The notes under the pieces are model-generated. The model had not been told where the DNA came from. It saw only the letters and a program-made list of their open reading frames with translations, and did no database searches. A DNA stretch of 64,000 nt from NCBI GenBank assembly GCA_002269645.1, contig NIVC01003090.1:56148-120147 (forward strand), read 5' to 3'. Every line of letters begins with the position of its first letter. Position 1 is the stretch's first letter. Below, in pieces: positions 12,830 through 27,879 of this stretch. Source of the stretch: Macrostomum lignano (Eukaryota). The position numbers were made by a program, and so were the translations under genes.

Positions 12830-13445
12830 GAAGATAAGGATAACTATGGAAGATAAGGATAAGGATGGAAGATAAGGATAAGGATGGAAGATAAGGATAA
12901 AGATGGAAGATAAGGATAAGGATGGAAGATAAGGATAAGGATGGAAGATAAGGATAAGGATGGAAGATAAGGATAAGGATGGAAGATAAGGATAAGGATG
13001 GAAGATAAGGATAAGGATGGAAGATAAGGATAAGGATGGAAGATAAGGATAAGGATGGAAGATAAGGATAAGGATGGAAGATAAGGATAAAGATGGAAGA
13101 TAAGGATAAAGATGGAAGATAAGGATAAGGATGGAAGATAAGGATAAAGATGGAAGATAAGGATAAAGGATGGAAGATAAGGATAAGGATGGAAGATAAG
13201 GATAAGGATGGAAGATAAGGATAAAGATGGAAGATAAGGATAAAGATGGAAGACAAAGATGGAAGATAAGGATAAAGATGGAAGACAAAGATGGAAGATA
13301 AGGATAAAGATAGAAGATAAGGATAAAGATGGAAGATAAGGATAAAGATGGAAGATAAGGATAAAGATGGAAGATAAGGATAAAGATAGAAGATAAGGAT
13401 AAAGATGGAAGATTAAGATAAGGATGGAAGATAAGGATAAGGATA
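12830..13445. repeat. 19-bp purine-rich array (GGAAGATAAGGATAAGGAT)n
   Basis: Direct reading. It abuts the CR1-like 3' end at 13446. Confidence 0.95.
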
Positions 13446-13760
13446 AAGACTGCATTCTTTCGTCAAGCTGTTTAAAACAACGCATTTGGAGGCGCTCTTA
13501 AGTAGAAACTGGACACCGGTTTTGATGGGGAAGAGTTAGCGCTCCAGAATCTCATTCCAGAGTCTCCCTGGCTGAGCGGATAGGAAAAAAACTGTTTTTC
13601 GTGGTCGCGTAAAGAAATTTTCAAAGGGCTTGTGAGAGGGCCGAGTTTGAAGGCTTAATAGCTCCACTCGCACACCTGTCAGGCCTGAGTGAGCTTCAGG
13701 GTGGGTGGAATGGATAAAAGATTGAGTTATACACATTATTATTGGGTCGCTGCTCACTTG
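13446..13760 (-). mobile_element. CR1/L2-like LINE 3' fragment (ORF2 C-terminus plus 3' end)
   Basis: The minus-strand peptide TRPSHKPFENFFTRPRKTVFFLSAQPGRLWN resembles the CR1 C-terminal pattern TRGH..KL...RK.FFS.R...WN. It shares a 49-bp end (43/49 identical) with 13935-13983. Confidence 0.4.
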
Positions 13761-13929
13761 TGCTCAAGTAAAGCATTTTATTGAAGTTCGATGATGAGTT
13801 CACAATTGTGTCACCGGCCCGTTCGCCTTCGCGCTATTATTATACATATCTGATGTATATATATATACATTGGTTTCTGGGCGGCCCCTCGCCCCGGAGG
13901 CAAGGACGCGCTGCTCAAGGAGTCACACT

Positions 13930-14120
13930 AATTTAAGACCGCATCCTGTCGTCAAGCTGTTTGAAACAATGCATTCGGAGGCGATGCGGAGGGACCCAAG
14001 TGGACTGGACTGGTGGGGAGACCCAGCGGTCAAGCCGCTGTTTCAGTGCTCTCACGGTGGCACTCATGTCAGCCTCTTGAGGCTTCCCCATCAGACCGGT
14101 TATTGCACATCTCAATGACT
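13930..14120 (-). mobile_element. Second CR1/L2-like LINE 3' fragment
   Basis: The minus-strand WGSL-(frameshift)-EADMSATVRALKQRLDRW resembles CR1 WNSLP..V.A.SV..FK.RLD.W, and it carries the same 49-bp terminal segment as 13446-13494. Confidence 0.45.
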
Positions 14121-14274
14121 GTCTATCAACACGCAGTCAGCTCTTTGTCTGCCTGTGCTCGGAGACTTCCAATGCTGAGTATAGGGCCTGCGCAATGAGC
14201 CTCTGTTCATATATAGGCTGTTCTGTAAGAATGCGTTGTAACTGTCGCGGCACTGACGCCCTCAAATTTGCGGT

Positions 14275-15365
14275 TCTGACACCCTCGATAGGCGATCCTG
14301 ACACTCTTGATTTGGCGTTCCTGACACTCTTGATTTGGCGTTCCTGACACCCTTAATTTGGGGCACCTGACACCCTTAATATTGTGCTACTGATACCCTT
14401 AATATGGGGCTCCTGACATCCTTGATTTGGAGCTCCTGACATCCTAACTTCACGCTCCTGACATCCTAACTTCACGCTCTTGACATCCTAACTTCACGCT
14501 CCTGACATCCTAACTTCACGCCCCTGACATCCTAACTTCACGCTCCTGACATCCTAACTTCACGCCCCTGACATCCTAACTTCACGCTCCTGATATCCTA
14601 ACTTCATGCTCCTGATATCCTAACTTCACGCTCCTGATATCCTAACTTCACGCTCCTGACATCCTAACTTCACGCTCCTGACATCCTAACTTCACGCTCC
14701 TGATATCCTAACTTCATGCTCCTGATATCCTAACTTCACGCTCCTGACATCCTAACTTCACGCTCCTGACATCCTAACTTCACGCTCTTGACATCCTATC
14801 TTCACGCTCCTGACATCCTAACTTCACGCTCTTGACATCCTAACTTCATGCTCCTGACATCCTAACTTCATGCTCCTGACATCCTATCTTCATGCTCCTG
14901 ACATCCTAACTTCACGCTCCTGACATCCTATCTTCACGCTCCTGATATCCTAACTTCACGCTCTTGACATCCTAACTTCATGCTCCTGACATCCTAACTT
15001 CATGCTCCTGACATCCTAACTTCACGCTCCTGATATCCTATCTTCACGCTCCTGATATCCTATCTTCATGCTCCTGATATCCTAACTTCATGCTCCTGAT
15101 ATCCTATCTTCATGCTCCTGATATCCTATCTTCATGCTCCTGACATCCTAACTTCATGCTCCTGATATCCTATCTTCATGCTCCTGACATCCTATCTTCA
15201 TGCTCCTGACATCCTATCTTCATGCTCCTGACATCCTATCTTCACGCTCCTGACATCCTATCTTCATGCTCCTGATATCCTATCTTCACGCTCTTGATAT
15301 CCTAACTTCACGCTCCTGACATCCTAACTTCACGCTCCTGACATCCTAACTTCACGCTCCTGACA
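14275..15365. repeat. 22-bp tandem array (CTCCTGACATCCTAACTTCACG)n with degenerate 5' copies
   Basis: Direct reading. Confidence 0.95.
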
Positions 15366-16049
15366 TCCAAAGTTTTCACCCAGACACATTTATCCCCAAT
15401 ACTTGGTTTAACAGTTCCGCGTGTTTAACAATTGCATTCGTTCATTGTCAGACTTGTTAAACTGGCTGATCAAACTTCTTGGCCAAAAAAATCTTGAGAA
15501 TTTCACTTGCGGTTCTTTAGAATTCTTGGCACCAGTTTTTTTCAAGAAGCAGATTTTCACGGGATATTTTTTTCCAACGCAAGACTTGATTTTTTCATTG
15601 TCTGGGTATTATAGGGGATTAGGGGATGCCATGTTCCCATGGGATGAAGCAGCTGCCACAGCTTCCCAATTTCTGTACACGCCCGTTGATCTCAGCAGCA
15701 ACACTAAAAGAGCCAATAAAAAACTAAAACGAATGAAGTTGAACGACAATGACTTTTTGAGTCCGTCTGAGATCTCGGCAGGTGGGCTGGCACAAATTCC
15801 TGCATATTGTGGGGCCCAGGTAGCTCTGTGTGGTCATTCAGAAGCACGAGTTGCTCATTGAAGGGTGTCAGCTCATCCGGTACAAAAGCCAACCCAGGGA
15901 AACTCTTTGTTCTCTCTGCTGGGCCTCTCAGGGTCTCTGTGCTTGTATCACAGAGTTCCTTTGCTTTTTGGTTTGCGGTTCACTGTAAGATCACTCGCAT
16001 GAAAATTTTCTCACTAAAGATCTTAGGCCAAATGAGGTTTTATTGAAAT

Positions 16050-16200
16050 TACAGATCACTCTCCCAGTCACTCTACAGATCACTCTCTCAGTCACTCTAC
16101 AGATCACTCTCTCAGTCACTCTACAGATCACTCTCTCAGTCACTCTACAGATCACTCTCCCAGTCACTCTACAGATCACTCTCCCAGTCACTCCCTGGAT
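16050..16200. repeat. 24-bp tandem array (CAGATCACTCTCTCAGTCACTCTA)n, about 6 copies
   Basis: 8-aa periodicity (LQITLSVT) in the ORF track and direct reading. Confidence 0.9.
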
Positions 16201-18791
16201 CACTCTGCTACTCACTTTACAAGTAACTTTTCAAGCTGGGCAGCCCCTACAGCATACTCTAGCAATCCATTCTGTCCCCATATCGATTTTTCATATCCCG
16301 GCTCTCCCAGCCCAATTTTCACACCAGCAAAATTGGTATAGCTACCCTCGTAGTCACCCATCGAACACCCCCTCCCCAGTATTTGATTCCCTCCAGTCAT
16401 CGCTATCCCCCGTGCATAAACTTCTCTCGAATTCTCCTCGTCGGTAGGAAAATTTCGGTCGGCTATTTAGACAGAGTCGTAAAAAGTTGAGATGAGCTCT
16501 GCTCAAGTGATGGCCCGCCAGGGACTAACTTCGGACAGACTGAAACGAAAGCTCGAGAGATTAATCCCAAAGTTTGTTCCAGTCGATGTGGTCTGCTTTA
16601 GGGGTTCGAAAACATTCTGCTACAAGGGTGATCTCAGACTTGGACAGATGAAGATGAGCAATGGGTGTGAAGCTGCTATGAGAGCCTGACAAGGCCATAT
16701 AAATTTCAATTTCAGCGCTAAACCTCTTCCCCCCGGGGGCAGAGCTGCAGAGTTTTGTATAATCCCGCACTGGCTATAGATGAGATTCTCTATTGCAAAC
16801 ATTTGCGAGAGGTGCTCAGGTTGGAAACAGCACGGCTTTCGTGCCCGCTTCGCAACCAGCTCAGACTCTTGAAATCAATATGTGACTCAAATATTTAACT
16901 TTGGCCACTCTGCCCAGTGCAGATTGCGCAATCATGGCCCTAACCAGCACTGCCTTCCCCAGTTTGTGTTTTTTAATTATCAATATTAAGACGAAAAGAA
17001 TGAGGATTTCTTCTAACGTTATTTTCTAATGAGAGGCACTTAAAAAAGAGGAGTTGTTTAAAACTGCGTGAAAGTTATGCCCTAAAATAAAGGATAAGAA
17101 CCAGTTTTTAATATCAAATTTTCGCAAGGATTTTGTTTGTGAAAAGGAGCGTGTAAAAAAACTACACACTGGATTTCTCAGTTGCTTGGGGCCGTGGATT
17201 ACTAATATTAATTTCGCCTGGATTAGAAACTCATTGGCTTTCTCTGACTTTTTCAGAGCGGTCGTTGAAAAGTTAAGAAAAACGATTTCAAGTCTAACGA
17301 ATCCAAAATTCCAATCCATGTGTCTAGCTTTAGAGCTCCATGGCTGAGGAAATCGTATAGATAGATGTATTGAAACATCTAATGTATTGAAATAGATGGT
17401 CGCGAGTTCGAACTCTCCCACATCCAAACGACAGCAACTATAAAAATCAGAAGGACGCTATAATTTATTCCATTATTTAGTTGTCCATGTCCATCTCCGC
17501 CATGTAAATACATTAATTTTCATTGCCATCATATGCTGCACCTCCGGTTGCATAGATACAGATATTTATAGGTGTATTCCTGTCTTTCCAGGGATTCGCT
17601 GCATGCTTGAACAGCTGCCGAGCAGCTTGGTTGCTACACCAGCGATCCCCAACGCATCCGGACTTTGCCCGGCCAGAGAAGAAAAAGAAGAAGAAAAAAG
17701 AAACGAAAAAAGTTGACAGCAGCGGGGGAAGCGTTGAACAACAATTCTATTTTAACGCCTCGGTAGCGCACACACACACACACATACACACACACACACA
17801 CACGCTAATCTAATGCCCCCCTATTTACGCGAGGCAACAACTGTTACTTCTGGAACCTTCTATCATATCGTGTTTCACTCTCTCTCCCCTCATCCCTCCC
17901 AGCATGGACTCTGGAATGTGTCCCCCCCCCCTAGTTTCATAATTCTCTTCACAAAGGTGTAAAGCCTGAGCCAGTGTCCAAGATTCTATCAGTGCTGCTC
18001 CTGTGGCTAATCTGAATCATTAATCTCTGATTTTTTCAAGGAGTTTCAAAGAGTCTTCAGTTTCTTCAGAAGTCTTCAGTTTTTTTTAACCGCTAAATCG
18101 TATCTCGCAGCCTCCGAATTTAAGATGAAGCAAGTTGGTATGTTGCTTCATCCGAGGGTGAAATCTGTACGGAAGACCCTGTCTTACCCGAATAGCACTC
18201 TTACACGTTTACTTCTGCAGTGTAGCAGACAAAGGAGTTTTTGCCGGCCAGATTTGCCTAACTGAGTGGCTGTAAAGTGATTTCAACTGCTGTGTTGTTT
18301 GGCAGCTATATTGCTTGGACTGGCACTTTATATGCAAGCAGAAAATTATCGGCGGAACAAAAAACAATAAAAGAAAATAGTGCCGCCTGGCTTCTAAAAG
18401 CAAAATTTTTGTTCTTTGCTTGCTTCAGTTTCTTTTGCTTCCTTTAGCGGACGGCAAAAACTCCCCTAGACAGACTGGCGACTGCCCGGCAGCTGAGGGG
18501 GGCTGCCGCCGGAGGGCAAGGGGGGGGGCAGACAAGATGGAGAGAGTGAGGACCTCGGGGGCTTCCATGGGGAAGCTAGAGTTGACAGCCAACCCCGCTA
18601 TCCATCTACCCGGGCCGCCTCTGCATCACTGCGCTACACTTCTTCAGCCGCATTCACGCCTTGCTATTGCTGTGGCCTGCTGGCATTTAACACCGATTTT
18701 ACTGGCCTGCCGCTAGGCTGAGGCTGCACGGCTGAAATGTGCTAATGTGCTTATTCACTGCCGGCTCTTGTTTTTATAACTCCTGTAGAGA

Positions 18792-21241
<2,450 letters not shown>

Positions 21242-21689
21242 ATTAATATTCAAATGAGACTACTAACAGCTGTCCTAAGTAGGCAGAGGGGAATCTGATG
21301 AGTTTAAACTGCAGTAAAACATGCTCGGCAAAGGTGATTGGCAAATGAAAACTAGACCAAAACACGAGTTGCCAGTTCATACATTCTCTGTTCTTGTTGT
21401 ACACTTTGAACAGTCATGCCCACTGTTGCTATGACAACGAGTTGTGTAAGCGCAACCTTATCAGACTCAATGCAGCACGCAACCAAAAGGCAAAAAGTTG
21501 TGGAAGAGCAGCCCAAAACGTATGCGCCACTCGTGTTCTCAGATTTATCTTAAAATTGCTTGCTCATGTTGAAAAAGAAACACTTTTAATTTAGGATTGG
21601 GAATCACTTCAATATCACAGGTGAGTCTTCTGATCTCAAATACCTGTCTCAGTGTACACAGTGTCGAATACTGTGTCTTGAAGTCTTAG

Positions 21690-22015
21690 TGTCTGTCTTA
21701 GGGTCAATTGTCTGTCTTAGGGACTTAGTGTCTGTCTTAGGGACTAGTGTATATCTTAGGGACTTAGTGTCTATCTTAGTGACTTAGTGTCTATCCTAGG
21801 GACTTAGTGTCTAATCCTAGGGACTTAGTCTGTCTTAGGGACTTAGTGTCTATCCTAGGGACTTAGTGTCTATCCTAGGGACTTAGTGTCTATCCTAGGG
21901 ACTTAGTGTCTATCCTAGGGACTTAGTGTCTATCTTAGGGACTTAGTGTTTATCTTAGGGACTTAGTGTCTATCCTAGGGACTTTGTGTCTATCCTAGGG
22001 ACTTAGTGTCCGTCT
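21690..22015. repeat. 20-bp tandem array (GGGACTTAGTGTCTATCCTA)n just upstream of the RING gene
   Basis: 20-bp period read directly at 21841-21960. Confidence 0.9.
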
Positions 22016-22052
22016 TAGCGTCTGCCCTAGTATCCACCGCACCCCGTTCAGC

Positions 22053-25000
22053 ATGCTGTCACAGGCAGTTGCCGCTGCCAGAGCCGCTGCTCGGTGCGCC
22101 ATCTGCGACACCAACTGGACTCGGTCGGCGCTGACATCCCCAACGGAAGTCCGGCGCCTGCCGGCTTGCGGCCACGCTGTCTGCATTGGTTGCTACGCAA
22201 ATCGCTGGCGCCTAGCAACCAACGGTCGAGTTGTCTGCCCGACCTGCGGAGTGGCTTGTCGGGAGAAGCCGGACGGGCTGCCCGCCGACGCCGCGGCCGC
22301 TGTTGAAGGCATCGGCCGGCTGCTGGCGCACCTGGCATCGCAGCAGCAGCGGACATTGCTGGCTTGGTCTACGCGATCAACTGGTGGAAGCCACAGGCCG
22401 CAGGTGCGCCAGCTGGAACTGTGGGAGCCCTGCTATTCGCCCGAGTACCTGGCCAAGCGGCGGGCTGTGCTCTGCCTGCGGCGAGACTGGAACAATCAGC
22501 AGGTGGGGAAGAGACTGTTTTGGTGCGAGACCAGATCAGATGGGAAACTGAGACTAGATCCGGTGAGAAATTGAGACTAGATCCGGTGAGAAATGAGACT
22601 AGATTCGATGAGAAATGAGAATAGATCCGATTGGAAACTGAGACTAGATCCGATGGGGAACTGAGACTAGATCAGATGGGAAACTGAGACTAGATCAGAT
22701 GGGAAACTGAGACTAGATCCGATGGGGAACTGAGACTAGATCAGATGGGAAACTGAGACTAGATCCGATGGGGAACTGAGACTAGATCAGATGGGAAACT
22801 GAGACTAGATCCAATGATGAAATGAGACTAGATCCGGTGAGAAATGAGACTAGATCCGATGGGAAACTGAGACTAGATCCGGCGAGAAATGAGACTAGAT
22901 TCGATGAAAAATTGACACTAGATCCGGTGAGAAATGAGACTAGATCCGGTGAGAAATGAGACTAGATCCGGTGAGAAATTGACACTAGATCCGGTGAGAA
23001 ATGAGACTAGATCCGGTGAGAAATTGACACTAGATCCGGTGAGAAATGAGACTAGATCCGGTGAGAAATGAGACTAGATCCGATTGGAAAATGAGGGCAG
23101 GTGCCCATAGATGATAATTGATGGGGAAAGCAAAAATATGGAGTTCTGCTATTGGTGAGAAATGAGACTAGATCGTTATGCGCCAATCTCCAACTTAAAT
23201 TGAAAAGGTGGAGGCGGTGGACTCGGACACGGGCCAGCATCTCGCCAGCCTACAAATCGAAGGACTCAGACAAGATCGAACTCTCACCAGCCTGTGCCTG
23301 CGGCGGCACGGGCAGGAGCAGCGGCATCTTCTAGCAGCAGATCGCTACCGAGATCGGCTTCACGTGGTGGATTTGTCCACCGGCCGCTGCGTGCAGACTT
23401 ACAGAGATTGCAGCAGACCCAAGTGCCTGTGGGCGGATGAGGAACTGGCGCTGGTCTCAACCAGGGATGGCACTGGACTGCTGGTGAGCAAGCAGTGAAC
23501 ACAACCGTTGAGGATAGTGGGAGGACACAAATTTCTGGCTTGAGTAGCTGGCAGACACACAACAGATTGAATTGAGTAGCTAGTGCACACACAACAGACT
23601 GAATTGAGTAGCTGGCAGACACACAACAGACTGAATTGAGTAGCTTGCAGACACACAACAGACAGGATTGAGTAGCTGGCAGACACACAACAGACAGGAT
23701 TGAGTAGCTTGCAGACACACAACAGATTGGATTGAGTAGCTGGCAGACACACAACAGACAGGATTGAGTAGCTGGCAGACACACAACAGACAGGATTGAG
23801 TAGCTGGCAGACACACAACAGACAGGATTGAGTAGCTGGCAGACATACAACAGACAGGATTGAGTAGCTGGCAGACACACAACAGACAGGATTGAGTAGC
23901 TGGCAGACACACAACAGACAGGATTGAGTAGCTGGCAGACATACAACAGACAGGATTGAGTAGCTGGCAGACACACAACAGACAGGGTTGAGTAGCTGGC
24001 AGACACACAACAGACAGGATTGAGTAGCTGGCAGACACACAACAGACAGGATTGAGTAGCTGGCAGACACACAACAGACTGAATTGAGTAGCTTGCAGAC
24101 ACACAACACATTGGATTGAGTAGCTAGCAGACAAACAACACACTGGATTGAGTAGCTGGCAGACACACAATACACTGGATTGAGTAGCTAGCAGACACAC
24201 AAAAGATTGGATTGAGTAGCTGGCAGACATACAACAGACAGGATTGAGTAGCTGGCAGACACACAACAGACAGGATTGAGTAGCTGGCAGACACACAACA
24301 GACAGGATTGAGTAGCTGGCAGACACACAACAGATTGGATTGAGTAGCTGGCAGACACACAACAGACAGGATTGAGTAGCTGGCAGACACACAACAGACA
24401 GGATTGAGTAGCTGGCAGACACACAACAGACAGGGTTGAGTAGCTGGCAGACACACAACAGATTGGATTGAGTAGCTGGCAGACACACAACAGACAGGAT
24501 TGAGTAGCTGGCAGACATACAACAGACAGGATTGAGTAGCTGGCAGACACACAACAGACAGGGTTGAGTAGCTGGCAGACACACAACAGACAGGATTGAG
24601 TAGCTTGCAGACACACAACAGATTGGATTGAGTAGCTGGCAGACACACAACAGACAGGATTGAGTAGCTGGCAGACACACAACAGACAGGATTGAGTAGC
24701 TGGCAGACACACAACAGACAGGATTGAGTAGCTGGCAGACATACAACAGACAGGATTGAGTAGCTGGCAGACACACAACAGACAGGATTGAGTAGCTGGC
24801 AGACACACAACAGACAGGATTGAGTAGCTGGCAGACACACAACAGACTGAATTGAGTAGCTAGCAGACACACAACAGACTGAATTGAGTAGCTTGCAGAC
24901 ACACAACACATTGGATTGAGTAGCTAGCAGACAAACAACACACTGGATTGAGTAGCTGGCAGACACACAACAGACAGGATTGAGTAGCTAGCAGACACAC

Positions 25001-26515
25001 AACAGACTGAATTGAGTAGCTTGCAGACACACAACAGACAGGATTGAGTAGCTGGCAGACACACAATACACTGGATTGAGTAGCTAGCAGACACAACACA
25101 CTGGATTGAGTAGCTAGCAGACACAACAAGCAGGAGTAACAGCGCAAAGGTCCGGGGCTCGAATCCGCACGGCAGGTGCTCGGCTGGGACCAGTCCGACC
25201 GTCTGTCCAGCCTGGGCTCAGTGTCCGCCATCTCTGGCCGCTCCATCGCGGGCCTTCGCTGCGCAGTCGCAGCCGTCAGCTCAGACGGCAGCCCTAGCAG
25301 CTTCATCCTGATTCTGCATCGCCACGGCGTCTCGGCGCTGGATCGGCGTCAACTGCTGCGTCGGTTTCGCCGCGCCGCTTCGGCGCTAGGCACTTCCGGC
25401 GGCGGAGAGGCGGCCGGACAGCCATGCGACGTGCCCGCTGATGGCCAGCTGGACTCTGGGGAGTTCGGCCTGGTGGACTGCTCGGCCATGACTGCCGGCT
25501 GCGGCTGCCGCAGGGAGAAGGGTATGCGCTGCGGGGCTTTGTTTCTTAGAAACATAGCTGCACGGATTAGGGTTTATAGCCACACGGATTAGGGTTTATA
25601 GCCACACGGATTAGGGTTTATAGCTACACGGATTAGGGTTTATAGCTACACTGATTAGGGTTTATGGCTACACGGATTAGGGTTTATAGCTACACGGATC
25701 AGGGTTTATAGCTACACGGATTAAAGTTTATAGCTACATGGATTAGGGTTTATAGCTACACGGATTAGGGTTTATAGCTACATGGATTAGGGTTTATAGC
25801 CACATGGATTAGGGTTTATAGCTACACGGATCAGAGTTTATAGCTACACGGATTAGGGTTTATAGCTACACGGATCAGAGTTTATAGCTACACTGAATAG
25901 GGTTTATAGCTACACTGATTAGGGTTTATAGCTACACGGATTAGGGTTTATAGCTACACGGATTAGGGTTTATAGCTACACGGATTAAAGTTTATAGCTA
26001 CATGGATTAGGGTTTATAGCCACATGGATTAGGGTTTATAGCTACACGGATTAGGGTTTATAGCTACACTGATTAGGGTTTATAGCTACACTGATTAGGG
26101 TTTATAGCTACAATACACGGATCAGAGTTTATAGCTACACGGATTAGGGTTTATAGCTACACAACTTTTTAACGACAAACGGACAGCAGACAGCAGCTGC
26201 TGCAGCTGCCTGCTGTTCCTGGCTGGCCGGGAGGTCCCTTCAGCGGCGGGCGGCGGCGGCGGCGGCCAGGAGGGCGTCCCGTCGAACGGCATTCGAGTGC
26301 TTCAGCGTCGCGGCTCGGCCTGGCGGCTGCTCGCCACCGTCAGGTGTCGCTGCCGCTGCGGCCGCTGCTTCGCCGGCTGCACCGGCTGCTGGCACCAGCC
26401 GCGGCTGCTCATCGACGGCCTGGCCTATGATGAAGCTGGACGGAGGCTGATCGTCAGCCGGAGAGGCACCAACAGTCTGCAAATTGTCAAACTGCCTGCC
26501 TGTCTGTCTGACTGA
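22053..26515 (+). CDS. C3HC4 RING-finger protein with a putative beta-propeller (NHL/WD-like) C-terminal region; 4 exons (22053-22502, 23208-23483, 25176-25521, 26187[or 26190]-26515), about 466 aa
   Basis: RING motif CAIC...CGHAVCIGC...CPTC. Introns are GT-AG with matching phases 0, 0 and 1, and the summed length of 1401 nt is divisible by 3. Beta-strand-like segments such as LLAADRYRDRLHVVDL and GLAYDEAGRRLIVS resemble NHL-type blades. The fold assignment is inference. Confidence 0.75.
22545..23175. repeat. 22-23-bp array (GAGACTAGATCCGGTGAGAAAT)n in RING intron 1
   Basis: Direct reading. The variant unit is GAGACTAGATCAGATGGGAAACT. Confidence 0.92.
23545..25130. repeat. 32-bp array (GAGTAGCTGGCAGACACACAACAGACAGGATT)n in RING intron 2, about 50 copies
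   Basis: Direct reading. It is the source of the Cys-rich antisense artefact ORFs. Confidence 0.95.
25560..26160. repeat. 22-bp array (GATTAGGGTTTATAGCTACACG)n in RING intron 3
   Basis: Period of 22 (AGGGTTT at 25921 and 25943). Confidence 0.95.
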
Positions 26516-26649
26516 CTGACTGACTGACTGACTGACTGACTGACTAACTGGCTGACTGACTGACTGACTGACTGACTGACTGACTGACTGACTGACTGAC
26601 TGACTGACTGACTGACTGACTGACTGACTGACTGACTGACTGACTGACT

Positions 26650-26681
<32 letters not shown>

Positions 26682-26701
26682 GACTGACTGACTGACTGAC
26701 T

Positions 26702-26733
<32 letters not shown>

Positions 26734-27030
26734 GACTGACTGACTGACTGACTGACTGACTGACTGACTGACTGACTGACTGACTGACTGACTGACTGAC
26801 TGACTGACTGACTGACTGACTGACTGACTGACTGACTGACTGACTGACTGACTGACTGACTGACTGACTGACTGACTGACTGACTGACTGACTGACTGAC
26901 TGACTGACTGACTGACTGACTGACTGACTGACTGACTGACTGACTGACTGACTGACTGACTGACTGACTGACTGACTGACTGACTGACTGACTGACTGAC
27001 TGACTGACGGACTGACTGACTGACTGACTG
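26505..27030. repeat. (ACTG)n microsatellite beginning at the RING stop codon
   Basis: Direct reading. Confidence 0.97.
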
Positions 27031-27879
27031 AGTAGTGAATTAGCGAAGATAGGAAATATAAGTCGATAAATCAATTCAAGAAGCTGTCCTTTTTTACCAA
27101 TTTTACCAGTGACTTGGCACTGAGTCTAATTGGCTCGTTCGTAGAATTATTCAGTATAATTCTTTCGGCCATAGACAGCCGCATCTGGACTCCCGGCAGC
27201 GCCAGCTGTCGGAGGCAGGGCAGCTTAGCGGTGAACCGCGGCTGACTCTCGCGCCGCAAAATTCATTTGGGGCTTCTGAACGAAAATCGGCCTAGGAGGG
27301 GGCTGAGTGCGATTCCCACGAGTGCCAACCCCCAAGGCACAGAGACTGTACATGCCTGACGATTAGAAAGTCGGGGGCCGCTGTGCACCCTGTGTGAGCG
27401 TGTGCCGGAGAACAGCATCGGCGGCTGTGCCATGGTGCCCACCACCCTTCTGCGATTTGAGCGCCACATGAGGCCCGCGAAGACTCTCTATCCGGCCCTC
27501 GGGTCTTTTGAAACTTCTCAACAAAAATCCGGCCAGCTCAGTCTCCCCTCTCTTCTCTCTCCTCTCATCCGATCTCTCGCCTCTCCTCTCATCTCTTATC
27601 TTCGATTCCTTCTTCCTTTTCTCTCTCACCTGGGAAGCAGACGTGAACTGGATTCTTTATCTGAACCTGTAAATATGAAAAAAAACCTGCTTCATACTAC
27701 TGCTGTTAGTATAGAAAGGCAAATATACATGTTTATAAAATGTATTTTTCTCAACGAGTAAACTCCTAGCATTACAAATTCTACAGCGTATTGAGTATGA
27801 AATACAGTAAATCATACAGAGCTCATAGTACATTTTTATGAATTTGCGTGTGGGGAACAGTTGAGATTTCAGAGAGTAC

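Noticed and set aside
15421-17000. ORFs of 60-146 aa around the 24-bp array
   Set aside because: No recognisable motifs in any frame. It may be decayed TE sequence but cannot be supported.
23284-25306. Cys-rich antisense ORFs (up to 443 aa)
   Set aside because: They are translations of the 32-bp intronic array, which lies inside a phase-consistent intron of the RING gene.
27071-27630. Short minus-strand ORFs between the ACTG array and the MITE, and a GGCCCCCGACTTTCT motif shared with about 10785
   Set aside because: No consistent exon chain or domain was found, and no partner TIR or TSD could be located. It is probably a TE fragment but this is unsupported.
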